Below, one piece after another: positions 18,759 to 27,741 of a DNA stretch of 64,000 nucleotides. Numbering within the stretch: position 1 is the stretch's first letter; each line of letters begins with the position of its first letter. The notes below the pieces were generated by a model. It saw only the letters and a list, made by a program, of their open reading frames with translations. It made no database searches and was not told the origin of the DNA. The position numbers and the translations under genes are program-made. Where the stretch lies: the NCBI GenBank assembly GCA_035506195.1, contig DATJPV010000036.1, positions 16,100 through 80,099 of the forward strand, in the 5' to 3' direction. Origin of the DNA: Patescibacteria group bacterium. GTDB lineage: Bacteria > Omnitrophota > Gorgyraeia > Gygaellales > Profunditerraquicolaceae.

Positions 18759-19187
18759 ATGGGTGACAGGTTTCGATCGCGCAACAAACCCCGGCGAGCC
18801 CTTACGTTGATAGAACTTATTATTGTTACTTCGATCATCGCGGTACTGGCTGCGCTGGTCGTCCCCGGGCTGCTGCGTACCCGCATGGTCAGCAACGAAG
18901 CCGTGGCCAAGGCGACGCTGCGCACGATCTCCAACGCCATTGAGATGTACATCGCCGCCAAAGGTACTTCTCCTACCGCAGAGGACCAGTTGTTGTCACC
19001 GGCTGCCAACCCTCCCTTCTTATCCCAGGCCTATGACGGCCAGACCGTCCGCGGATATGCGTATCAATACAATTTCGATAACGGCTATACCGTTACGGCG
19101 ACCCCGCAGGCCTGCAAGCGAACCGGCAGCAAAACATTTACCGTGACGAATAATCAGATAAGCGAGGCTGCGTGCGTAGAAGAGTAG
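18759..19187 (+). CDS. Prepilin-type N-terminal domain protein (type IV pilin/pseudopilin-like)
   Basis: LTLIELIIVTSIIAVLAALVVPGLL N-terminal helix, then an ...EAVAKATLRTISNAIEMY pilin-like segment. Position -1 is Ala, not the canonical Gly. Confidence 0.6.
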   Translation: MGDRFRSRNKPRRALTLIELIIVTSIIAVLAALVVPGLLRTRMVSNEAVAKATLRTISNAIEMYIAAKGTSPTAEDQLLSPAANPPFLSQAYDGQTVRGYAYQYNFDNGYTVTATPQACKRTGSKTFTVTNNQISEAACVEE

Positions 19188-19237
19188 GCGGATCCTGTAA
19201 CTAAGATAAGGCAAGAGGCGAATGCCTCTTTTTTATT

Positions 19238-19960
19238 ATGCGGCTTTACGGTAAAAGATCGGTCAGCGAACGGTTAAAGGCAGACCCCGCAAGCATCAAA
19301 AGGCTCTATATTGAAGAGGGGCTCCAGCGCCCCGAGATCGTATCCTTAGGGCGCAAGGCAGGCATTGCGGTCGAATGCCTGCGTTCCGGTCGCTTCGCGC
19401 AGTTGGCCCAAGGCAACCAGACGCAAGGAGTGATTGCCGAGGTCACCAAGTTTGTCTACCGTGATTTTGACGAGTTGATCAGCCAAGATCCCGCATCGGT
19501 GCTCATTTTTCTTGACCGCATCAATGACCCGCATAACCTGGGGGTTATTTTGAGGAGTTGCGCCTGCTTCGGGAATTTTTCCGTGGTTTTGCCGGGGCAT
19601 GAATCGGCGCAGGTAAACGAAACGGTCCTCAAGGTTGCCTGCGGCGCGGAAAACTATGTGCCGGTCTCCCTGATCACTAATCTTTCCGTCGCCATCCAGA
19701 AGGCGCAAAAGCAGGGGTACTGGATCGCCTCGACCGTGGTGGAAGGCGGGGATAACCCCCGGCAGGCGCGGCTTAACTTTCCGCTGGGCCTGGTATTTGG
19801 TTCGGAGGGGCAGGGGGTGCGGCCGGGCCTGTTGAAGCACATCGATTACCGGCTGACGCTGCCGATGACGGGCGCGGGGCTGTCTTTCAACGTGGCGATC
19901 GCAGTAAGTATTTTTTGTTACGAGATTTCCAGCCAAAGGCAGGCAGATGAAAAAAAATAA
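19238..19960 (+). CDS. rlmB: SpoU/TrmH-family 23S rRNA 2'-O-methyltransferase
   Basis: SPOUT motifs LDRINDPHNLGVILRSCACFG and LVFGSEGQGV. Confidence 0.8.
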   Translation: MRLYGKRSVSERLKADPASIKRLYIEEGLQRPEIVSLGRKAGIAVECLRSGRFAQLAQGNQTQGVIAEVTKFVYRDFDELISQDPASVLIFLDRINDPHNLGVILRSCACFGNFSVVLPGHESAQVNETVLKVACGAENYVPVSLITNLSVAIQKAQKQGYWIASTVVEGGDNPRQARLNFPLGLVFGSEGQGVRPGLLKHIDYRLTLPMTGAGLSFNVAIAVSIFCYEISSQRQADEKK

Positions 19961-20537
19961 ACAAACCGCCGGCAAGATCATCGATTTCTTGGCAGAGGCC
20001 GGCCAGCTCAAGCGCGTCAAACGCAGCGGCTGGTGGGTGGTAGGGATCAAGGACCCCGAAAGCGTAGCCGACCACTGTTTCCGTTGCGCGGTGATCGGTT
20101 ACATCCTGGCGAAAATGGAAAAGGCCGACGCCTGTAAGGTGCTCCTGATGGCCCTTTTCAACGATATCCACGAAGCCCGCATCAACGATCTGCATAAACT
20201 GGGGCATCGCTATATCGACTTCAAGCAGGCGGAGAAGCGCGTCTACAAAGAACAGGTGGAGCTTCTTCCGGCGCCGGTTCGCAAAGAGTTTTCCGGCGTG
20301 CGCGATGAATACGACCGCCAGGCCTCCCGGGAGGCAAAGATCGCCCGCGACGCAGACATCCTGGAATGCATCCTGCAGGCCAAAGAGTATTGCGAATTCG
20401 GCTATCCTCAGGCAAAGACTTTTATGGCGCCGGGCCGGACGTTCCTCTATAGTCCCAGCGCCAAACTCCTGTACCGGCAGCTTCGCAACTGGGATAGCCG
20501 GAAGTGGTGGCTGCATTTGACGAAGTTCGAAAGGTAA
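19947..20537 (+). CDS. HD-domain hydrolase (YfbR-like 5'-deoxynucleotidase family)
   Basis: KRSGWWVVGIKDPESVADHCFRCAVIG HD motif. Confidence 0.7.
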   Translation: MKKNKQTAGKIIDFLAEAGQLKRVKRSGWWVVGIKDPESVADHCFRCAVIGYILAKMEKADACKVLLMALFNDIHEARINDLHKLGHRYIDFKQAEKRVYKEQVELLPAPVRKEFSGVRDEYDRQASREAKIARDADILECILQAKEYCEFGYPQAKTFMAPGRTFLYSPSAKLLYRQLRNWDSRKWWLHLTKFER

Positions 20538-20543
20538 GCTATA

Positions 20544-21719
20544 ATGGGCCTGATGCGGATCGATTACAAAAAGGAATTAGAGACCGCGGCAAAGAGGATG
20601 ATCCTGGTGCATGACCCGGATGTCCTCATCAAGATGATCGTCAGGACCATCGTGCATAAGGTGCAGGTGACCCATGCCAGCATATTGCTGCACCGTCCGG
20701 ACGACGGCTCTTACCGTCTTACGGTTTCCCGCGGGTCCCTGGGGCTGAAGATCCCGATCGGGCTGGTGCGCGTCGAAAAAGAAAATCCCCTTATTTATTT
20801 TTTCAAACAGCGCAATGAACAGCTGCTTTTTAATGACCGCGTGATCATGTACGACCAGCTCCGCTCGCTCACCCGCCGGAAAAACACCGAACCGAAGCTG
20901 AAGGAACTGTTAGGGCAGGTGCTGCATCAGATGGAATTGTTCGATTCGGTCGTCTGCGTGCCTAGTATGTTCAGGGATGAGCTGTTCGGCATCCTGCTAT
21001 TGGGCCAAAAGAGCAACGGCAGGCTATTCTGCCGCGAGGAGCTTGACTTTTTCATTGCCCTTGCGTCGCATGTGACCATGGCCATACGCAACGCCCAGTT
21101 ATTCAAGGAGCTGGAGCGGCAGCTCGATAAGAAACACCAGCTTTTCATTCGCACCACCATCGCCTTTGCTGCGGCGATCGAGGCCAAGGATCATTATACC
21201 CACGGCCATACGACCAGGGTTACGAACCTGAGCCTGGAGCTTGCCAGAAGATTGAAGCGGCAGGACCGCCGGCTCTTTAACGATAAATTCTTGGAGGGCT
21301 TGCACGTGGCCAGCCTCTTGCACGATATCGGCAAGATCGGGATCTCCGAAGCCATCCTGAACAAGGAAGGGGTCCTTAGCGACGAGGAAAGGGCCCGTAT
21401 CAGAGAGCATCCTCTTATTGGGGTAGCTATCCTTAAGCCGATCAATGAGCTGGAGGACTCCATATTGGGCATTAAATATCACCATGAGAGGCATGACGGC
21501 TCCGGGTACCCCGAGGGCCTTAAGGGCGACGACATCCCGCTCATGGCTTCGATCATATCCGTCGCAGACTCCTTTGATGCCATGACCAGCACCAGGCCAT
21601 ACCGCCCCTGCCTTTACAAGGACCACGCCGTGGAAGAGATACGGCGTTTAAGCGGCCAGCAATTCAATCCTCTTGTCGCCGGCGCCCTGGTAGAACTCCA
21701 CCAGGAAGGCAGGCTTTAG
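20544..21719 (+). CDS. GAF + HD-GYP phosphodiesterase
   Basis: N-terminal GAF, then HGHTTRV...LLHDIGKIGI...HHERHDGSGYP. Confidence 0.8.
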   Translation: MGLMRIDYKKELETAAKRMILVHDPDVLIKMIVRTIVHKVQVTHASILLHRPDDGSYRLTVSRGSLGLKIPIGLVRVEKENPLIYFFKQRNEQLLFNDRVIMYDQLRSLTRRKNTEPKLKELLGQVLHQMELFDSVVCVPSMFRDELFGILLLGQKSNGRLFCREELDFFIALASHVTMAIRNAQLFKELERQLDKKHQLFIRTTIAFAAAIEAKDHYTHGHTTRVTNLSLELARRLKRQDRRLFNDKFLEGLHVASLLHDIGKIGISEAILNKEGVLSDEERARIREHPLIGVAILKPINELEDSILGIKYHHERHDGSGYPEGLKGDDIPLMASIISVADSFDAMTSTRPYRPCLYKDHAVEEIRRLSGQQFNPLVAGALVELHQEGRL

Positions 21720-21726
21720 CTCGCCC

Positions 21727-22854
21727 ATGTCCACCAGACGCATAATCCTGATGTACATATCCGAAGTCTCCGGCCATCACAGCGCGACCCTGGCGCTTGA
21801 GAATGCAATAAAGGCCCTGTGCCCCTCCGCGGAGATCCTGAATATCAACGCGTTCAACTATACCAATCCCATCTCCGAAAAGATCGTCAATCGTATATAT
21901 ATGGGTATTATCAAAAGGACCCCGCAGATATGGGATTACCTGTATGACAATCCGGCAGTGGCAAAACGTATCGCCAAGATTAAGGCCACGATCCATAAGT
22001 TCAATTCCGCGAAATTCAAAAAGCTTTTTGACAGGTTCCATCCCGATGTGGTAGCCTGCGCGCAGGCTTTTCCCTGCGGGATGGTGGCGGATTTTAAAAA
22101 ACTCTACCAGGCCGATATCCCCCTGGTGGCGGTGCTTACCGATTACATCCCCCATTCGTACTGGCTGTACGATACCATCGACTATTACGCGGTCCCCGCC
22201 GAGGAGATCTCCCGGAGCCTGGTTTTAAAAGGCGTGCCTCCGGAAAAAATAAAACCTTTAGGAATACCTTTTGACCACAAATTCAACGAGCCGGTTTCGC
22301 AGGAGAAGGTCTTACGTAAGCTCGGTCTTGCCCCCGATGTGCCGGCGGTCTTGATCATGGGGGGCGGGCAGGGCTTGGGGCCGATCAAAACGGTTATCCG
22401 CCGTCTCGAGTATGCAGAAGCCCAGTTCCAGCAGATCATCGTGACCGGTTCTAATAAAAAACTCTACCGTTCTCTCAAGCGGCGGATCAGGCACCACCGG
22501 AAAAAAACCCTGTTGTTCGGATACGTGCATAATGTCCATGAATTGATGTCTGTTTCCAGCCTTATCATTACCAAGCCGGGAGGGATCACTACCGCTGAGG
22601 CCATGTCCAAGGCGCTCCCTATGGTTATCATCAATCCCATACCCGGCCAGGAAGCCAGCAATACGGCTTTTTTAACTGCCCGGGGGGCAGCGGTCAAGAT
22701 CGACAACGCCAAAGATATCCATCTGGTAGTCGATGATCTATTGTTGCATCCGGAGAAACTGCAGAGCATGCGTCAAGCTGCCGGCTCGATCGGGAAACCG
22801 ACCGCCAGCCTTGATATCGCTCGGTTATTACTGGGGCTGTGTAAGAAAACATAA
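21727..22854 (+). CDS. MGDG-synthase-like / GT28-family glycosyltransferase (processive diacylglycerol glycosyltransferase)
   Basis: MGDG-synthase N-terminal pattern (ILMYISEVSGHHSATLALENA) and a GT28 C-terminal region (ITKPGGITTAEA). Confidence 0.7.
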   Translation: MSTRRIILMYISEVSGHHSATLALENAIKALCPSAEILNINAFNYTNPISEKIVNRIYMGIIKRTPQIWDYLYDNPAVAKRIAKIKATIHKFNSAKFKKLFDRFHPDVVACAQAFPCGMVADFKKLYQADIPLVAVLTDYIPHSYWLYDTIDYYAVPAEEISRSLVLKGVPPEKIKPLGIPFDHKFNEPVSQEKVLRKLGLAPDVPAVLIMGGGQGLGPIKTVIRRLEYAEAQFQQIIVTGSNKKLYRSLKRRIRHHRKKTLLFGYVHNVHELMSVSSLIITKPGGITTAEAMSKALPMVIINPIPGQEASNTAFLTARGAAVKIDNAKDIHLVVDDLLLHPEKLQSMRQAAGSIGKPTASLDIARLLLGLCKKT

Positions 22855-23711
22855 TGTGGGGGTACCTGCTTTATAGAGTCGGACAATTCCTGGCGTTAGC
22901 GCTGCCGCGGCATGTGGCATACGGGGTGGCGGTATTCTTTTCCGATGTGCGGTATTTGTTTGCGGACAAAGACCGCCGGGCGGTAAGGGAGAACCTGAGC
23001 GCGATCTTTCCCGACAAGACGCCTCGTCAGATCCGCCAGATCCGCAGGCGCATGTTCAGGAATTTCGCCAAGTACCTGGTTGATTTCTTCCGTCATTCCA
23101 AGATCGACCGGGAGTATGTGTTGCGGTGCGTCAAGATCGAGAACCTGCGGTATTTCGATGAGGCCCTTGCCGGCGGTAAAGGCGTGGTGGTGCTCACCGC
23201 GCACCTGGGCAACTGGGAACTGGGAGGGGTAGTGATGGGCCTGTTGGGGTATCCGACCTGGGTGGTGGCCTTGCCGCATAAATCAAAAAAGGTCAACGAT
23301 TTCTTCAACGCGCAGCGGGAAGTCTTCGGCACCAAGGTCATTCCGCTAGGCCGGGCGGTCAGGGCCTGCCTTAATTTACTGAAAGAGAATAACATGATTG
23401 CCCTGGTGGGGGACAGGGATTTTACCGAGAGGGGGGCGGTGGTGGATTTTTTCGGCAAACCCACCATATTCCCCGAGGGGCCGGCAGCACTTTCCTTAAA
23501 GACCGGCGCCCCCATCGTTGCGGGTTTTATGGTGCGTAATCCCGACGATACGTTTACCCTGCGCCTGGAGGCACCGATGGCCTATGCAGGCTCGGGAAAC
23601 CTCAAGCAGGATATCCCGGACTTGCTCAATTGCTATAAGGCGACCATCGAACGTTACATCCGGGAATACCCCGACCAGTGGTTTATGTTCAGGAGGTTCT
23701 GGGTTTCATGA
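22854..23711 (+). CDS. Lipid A biosynthesis acyltransferase family (LpxL/HtrB-like LPLAT)
   Basis: LTAHLGNWELGG motif typical of lauroyl/myristoyl acyltransferases. Confidence 0.75.
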   Translation: MWGYLLYRVGQFLALALPRHVAYGVAVFFSDVRYLFADKDRRAVRENLSAIFPDKTPRQIRQIRRRMFRNFAKYLVDFFRHSKIDREYVLRCVKIENLRYFDEALAGGKGVVVLTAHLGNWELGGVVMGLLGYPTWVVALPHKSKKVNDFFNAQREVFGTKVIPLGRAVRACLNLLKENNMIALVGDRDFTERGAVVDFFGKPTIFPEGPAALSLKTGAPIVAGFMVRNPDDTFTLRLEAPMAYAGSGNLKQDIPDLLNCYKATIERYIREYPDQWFMFRRFWVS

Positions 23712-24379
23712 AGACCTGTGTAGTCGTGCCGACGTACAATGAATCCGGGGCAATCGGCTCTGTGCTGGCGCAGATCAAAAAACAGGGATTGGACGTGGTC
23801 GTGGTCGATGACGGCTCGCAGGATAACACCGTCGCCATCGCCGAGCGCTGCGGTGCGGTTGTGCTGCGCAGCGACCGCAACGAAGGCAAGGGTGCATCTT
23901 TAGTCAAGGGGTTCCGTTACTGCCTGTCCAAGGATTTCGATGCGGTGATCACCATGGACGGCGACGGCCAGCATGTGCCGCAAGACATAGCGCAGTTCTT
24001 GCGTCAGGCCCGCGTTTCCGGGGCAGGTATCTTTATCGGCACCCGCATGTCGAAGACCAAGCATATGCCGCCCCTGCGTTTTTTGACCAACCGGTTCATG
24101 TCCTGGTTCATCTCGCAGGTTACCGGGCAGTACATACCGGATACCCAGTGCGGATTCCGGCTTATCCGGCGCCAGGTATTGGAGAAGTTCGTTCTGAAAA
24201 GCCGCAAATACGAAATAGAATCCGAGATGCTCATTCAAGCCGCGCGCTTGGGCGCCCAGATCGAATCCGTCCCCATAGAGACCGTCTACTCCGGGCAAAA
24301 AAGCCAGATCAACCCGTGTATCGACACCTGGAGATTTATCCGTTTTATTTTCCGGGAGCTATGGAATACGCAGCCCTGA
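23708..24379 (+). CDS. GT2-family glycosyltransferase (dolichyl-phosphate mannosyltransferase-like)
   Basis: VVVPTYNESG...VVVDDGSQDNT GT2 motifs. ATG overlaps the preceding stop (ATGA). Confidence 0.8.
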   Translation: MKTCVVVPTYNESGAIGSVLAQIKKQGLDVVVVDDGSQDNTVAIAERCGAVVLRSDRNEGKGASLVKGFRYCLSKDFDAVITMDGDGQHVPQDIAQFLRQARVSGAGIFIGTRMSKTKHMPPLRFLTNRFMSWFISQVTGQYIPDTQCGFRLIRRQVLEKFVLKSRKYEIESEMLIQAARLGAQIESVPIETVYSGQKSQINPCIDTWRFIRFIFRELWNTQP

Positions 24380-25008
24380 GAAAACGCATGGTCCGGGAGC
24401 AATTGCTCGCCCGGGGCATACAGGATGAGCGGGTAGAAGAGGCATTTCTGAAAGTCCCGCGGCACCTGTTTGTGCCTGAGAACAGCCGAAAAGATGCGTA
24501 TGCGGATTTTCCCGTTCCGATCGGAGAAGCTCAGACGATATCGCAGCCCTATATGGTAGCCTTGATGACCCAGCTCCTGGAGCTAAAAGGGCATGAGCGG
24601 GTTTTAGAGATCGGCACGGGTTCAGGGTATCAGGCGGCAATACTGGCAGAATTAGTAAAGCAGGTGTATAGTATCGAGCGGATCGCCGGTTTGGCGCAAA
24701 AGGCGGAGCTTCTTCTGCGCGAACTGGGCTATCGGAATATCAGCGTGGCGGCCGGCGACGGAACGCTGGGGATGCCGGAAGAGGCCCCGTTTGATGCCGT
24801 CATCATTACGGCAGCTGCCCCTCAGATCCCCGCGCCGCTGGTTGCGCAACTCAAAGATTCCGGCAGGCTGGTTGCGCCGCTGGGCCAGGAGCAGGCGAGC
24901 CAAGTATTGACCCTGTGCCGTAAGCAGGGAACGCGCCTGGAATCAAGAAGCATCTGCGGTTGCGTGTTCGTTCCCTTGCGCGGCGCATACGGGTGGAAAG
25001 ACGCCTAA
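24361..25008 (+). CDS. pcm: Protein-L-isoaspartate O-methyltransferase
   Basis: ISQPYMVALMTQLLEL and VLEIGTGSGYQAAILA SAM motif. Start taken at MEYAALRKRM inside the longer ORF. Confidence 0.85.
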   Translation: MEYAALRKRMVREQLLARGIQDERVEEAFLKVPRHLFVPENSRKDAYADFPVPIGEAQTISQPYMVALMTQLLELKGHERVLEIGTGSGYQAAILAELVKQVYSIERIAGLAQKAELLLRELGYRNISVAAGDGTLGMPEEAPFDAVIITAAAPQIPAPLVAQLKDSGRLVAPLGQEQASQVLTLCRKQGTRLESRSICGCVFVPLRGAYGWKDA

Positions 25009-25010
25009 AG

Positions 25011-25514
25011 ATGATACACGTCTATACGGGTAACGGAAAAGGCAAGACCACCGCAGCCCTGGGCCTTGCATTGAGGGCCGCAGGGGCAGGGCTAAAGGTT
25101 TTTATCGCCCAGTTTGCGAAAGGCAGGTCCTGCAGCGAGCTGACCGCCCTCAAGAAGATCGGCAATATCAGCTGCGTCCAGTTTGGCGCCGCCTCTTTCA
25201 TCCGGAAGGCGCCGACGCGCCGGGATAGAGAGCTGGCCGCCAAAGGGTTTGCCTGCGTCGTTGGCCTTGTCCGCAGGCGGCAGTATGACGTCGTGATCCT
25301 GGATGAGCTTAATGTTGTAGTCCGTCTGGGCCTGATCGATCCCGGCCAGCTTGCGTGTTTCTTGCGCAGCGCACCGTCGGCCGTAGAGATCGTCTTGACG
25401 GGCCGCGGGGCCCATCCGCAGGTCTTAAAGGCCGCCGACCTGATCAGCGAAATAAAAGAGGTCAGGCATTATTATCACCGGAACGTAAAAGCCCGTAAAG
25501 GGATCGAATTTTAA
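25011..25514 (+). CDS. cobO: Cob(I)yrinic acid a,c-diamide / corrinoid adenosyltransferase (CobO/BtuR type)
   Basis: MIHVYTGNGKGKTTAALGLALRAAGAG P-loop typical of BtuR/CobO. Confidence 0.8.
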   Translation: MIHVYTGNGKGKTTAALGLALRAAGAGLKVFIAQFAKGRSCSELTALKKIGNISCVQFGAASFIRKAPTRRDRELAAKGFACVVGLVRRRQYDVVILDELNVVVRLGLIDPGQLACFLRSAPSAVEIVLTGRGAHPQVLKAADLISEIKEVRHYYHRNVKARKGIEF

Positions 25515-25521
25515 GGACCGC

Positions 25522-26202
25522 ATGTTTTCCGACCGCATATTCAGGATCACTTTTTGCGTTTCTCTGGCTATCCACGCCTTTATCCTTATCAAGAACCCCA
25601 ACCTGATCTCTTTCATGTCCCACCGCAGGCCGCCAACGGTTGAAGTCAATTATCTCAAACAGGTCCCCCAGGAAAAACTGCAGGTCAGGCAGGAACAGGA
25701 CACCAGGCAGCAGCTTGCCAAGCTGCAGTCGCGGATGGGCCTTAATAAGATTCCTCCTCCGCCGTTTGCCGGCAGGGACGATCTCTTGCAGATCGACCGG
25801 GGAATGAGGCTGGATGAAGCTTCGCTTCCCAAGCCCGCATTGATCCGGCCGGACAGTGCCGCAGTGAAGAAAAAGATAACCCTGCCGCCCCTTGATGCGG
25901 ATAAGATCAGCAATCCTTCATACATCAGCTACTATCAGATCGTACGCGAGAAGATCAGGCGCTGCGCCTACCAGAATTATCTTTCCTCCGAGACCGGGGA
26001 GGTGTACCTGTCGTTCATCGTAGGCAGCGATGGCAGCCTCAGGGAGGTCCAATTAGTGGATAGTAAGTCGTCCCCGATTGAATTCCTGCGCCAGATCGCC
26101 CAAAGAAGCATCCATGAGGCAGCCCCTTTTCCGGCTTTCCCCCGGGAATTGGACTATCCGCAACTGTCCTTTAACGTCGTTATCTCCTTTGAAATAGAGT
26201 AG
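25522..26202 (+). CDS. TonB-like energy transducer (N-terminal TM anchor, Pro-rich spacer, TonB_C-like domain)
   Basis: TM helix, Pro-rich linker, and a C-terminal EVYLSFIVGSDGSLREVQLV...PFPAFP pattern. Confidence 0.6.
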   Translation: MFSDRIFRITFCVSLAIHAFILIKNPNLISFMSHRRPPTVEVNYLKQVPQEKLQVRQEQDTRQQLAKLQSRMGLNKIPPPPFAGRDDLLQIDRGMRLDEASLPKPALIRPDSAAVKKKITLPPLDADKISNPSYISYYQIVREKIRRCAYQNYLSSETGEVYLSFIVGSDGSLREVQLVDSKSSPIEFLRQIAQRSIHEAAPFPAFPRELDYPQLSFNVVISFEIE

Positions 26203-26224
26203 TTAAAAAAAGAAAGCGCTTTCC

Positions 26225-26253
26225 TTGACAGAACCCCGTGTGTGTGCTATACT
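26225..26253 (+). promoter_or_regulatory. Putative sigma70 promoter with extended -10 for cvpA
   Basis: TTGACA (26225-26230), 17 nt, TGcTATACT (-10 at 26248-26253). A 12-bp palindrome GAAAGCGCTTTC lies just upstream. Confidence 0.5.
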
Positions 26254-26290
26254 TTACTAAACTTTCCCCCTAAAATAAGGAGTAAGACCT

Positions 26291-26872
26291 ATGACATTAA
26301 ACGTCCTGAAGGAGTTTAATTGGGTGGATATTTTTGTCATAATCCTTTTATTAAGAATATGTTATGTATCCTTGAAGAACGGCTTTCTTCTTGAGTTCTT
26401 CAAGTTGTTGGGAACGGTAGCGGCAATTTATTGCGCGATGCATTATTACACCCGGGTCTCCGGTTCCATCGGGGCCCTCATGAAGCTGGGCAAGAACGGA
26501 CAGCTGGCCATCTTTGATTTTCTTTCGTTCATCGTTTTGGCGCTGTTAGGTTACGCGGTATTCTGGGTTATCCGGGAATTGATCGCGCGGCTCTTCAAGG
26601 CCGAGGCGGTACCGACCCTTGCGAAATGGGGCGGGCTCGTAGTGGGGGTGGCCAGGGCATTCCTCTTTTTGAGCTTTGTTTTATTTGCCCTGTACCTTTC
26701 TCCCGTAGACTATATGCACGACAGTATCCCCGCTTCTTACAGCGGTAAAAAGATCATCCAGGTAGCGCCTAATCTGTACGTAGGTTTATGGGAGTCGGTC
26801 TTTTCCAAATTCATGACCGGCGAAAAAATGAACGAGACGGTACGCCAGGTGCAGGGTAAGGCCAGCTTATGA
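26291..26872 (+). CDS. cvpA: CvpA-family membrane protein
   Basis: Four-TM CvpA-like topology and N-terminal pattern. Confidence 0.7.
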   Translation: MTLNVLKEFNWVDIFVIILLLRICYVSLKNGFLLEFFKLLGTVAAIYCAMHYYTRVSGSIGALMKLGKNGQLAIFDFLSFIVLALLGYAVFWVIRELIARLFKAEAVPTLAKWGGLVVGVARAFLFLSFVLFALYLSPVDYMHDSIPASYSGKKIIQVAPNLYVGLWESVFSKFMTGEKMNETVRQVQGKASL

Positions 26873-27738
26873 GACTGTCCCGTTTGTATGACAAAGTCGT
26901 GCGTTTCGGAAAAGACCGCGATCCGCGCAAGGGCAGCCGCATAAAGTCGTTTGAAGATACGGCCATCCTTTACGGCAGCCCCAACGCGCAGATAAAGAAG
27001 GTCCTGGTAGGCATCGATATCGAAATAGGAGAGCTCCTGCTTGCCGACCGGATCCGCCAGAAAACGGGGCTGGACCTGGTGCTTGCCCACCATCCCGAGG
27101 GAAAGGCCGCGGCAGGGCTCTGGCGGGTCATGCAGTTGCAGGTCGACCTTTTGATTAAATTGGGTCTGGGGCGCACGGTTGCCCAGGAACTCTTGGATGA
27201 GCGCAAACGGGAGATAGAGCGCAGGCTCCTGCCGCAAAACCATATGCGCTCTCCCGACGCAGCCAGGCTCCTGGATATGCCGTTTATGTGCGTGCATACC
27301 CCGGCGGATAACCATGTCGCTTCTTTCCTGCAATTACTGCTGGATAAGAAGAAGCCTCGGCGCGTAGAGGATATCATTGCGATCCTCATGGATCTGCCCG
27401 AGTATAAGACCGCAGCGGCTCAATTATCCGGGCCGCGGGTGGTCGTCGGTTCTCCCGCAAGGCCGGCAGGCAGGATATTCGTCGATATGACCGGGGGTAC
27501 CGAAGGGCCAAAGGAAGTATTCGATAAGATATACAAGACAGGCGTACGGACCCTGGTGTGCATGCACTTAAGCGAAGAGCATTTTAAAAAAGTCAAGGAT
27601 GCCGATTTGAACGTGGTGATCGCCGGCCACATTTCTTCGGACACCCTGGGTTTGAACCTCCTGTTGGACAGGATCGAGAAAGAAGAGAAATTCCAGATTT
27701 TTGAGTGTTCGGGTTTTCGGCGGTTCAGAAGAGGATAG
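26869..27738 (+). CDS. Nif3-family dinuclear metal-centre protein (GTP cyclohydrolase 1 type 2 homolog)
   Basis: LVLAHHPEG motif and paired Nif3 halves. Confidence 0.8.
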   Translation: MRLSRLYDKVVRFGKDRDPRKGSRIKSFEDTAILYGSPNAQIKKVLVGIDIEIGELLLADRIRQKTGLDLVLAHHPEGKAAAGLWRVMQLQVDLLIKLGLGRTVAQELLDERKREIERRLLPQNHMRSPDAARLLDMPFMCVHTPADNHVASFLQLLLDKKKPRRVEDIIAILMDLPEYKTAAAQLSGPRVVVGSPARPAGRIFVDMTGGTEGPKEVFDKIYKTGVRTLVCMHLSEEHFKKVKDADLNVVIAGHISSDTLGLNLLLDRIEKEEKFQIFECSGFRRFRRG

Positions 27739-27741
27739 CAG

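Noticed and set aside
26207-26224. 12-bp palindrome GAAAGCGCTTTC after the TonB-like gene
   Set aside because: No loop and no T-tract, so it is unlikely to be a terminator. Noted only as part of the cvpA promoter region.
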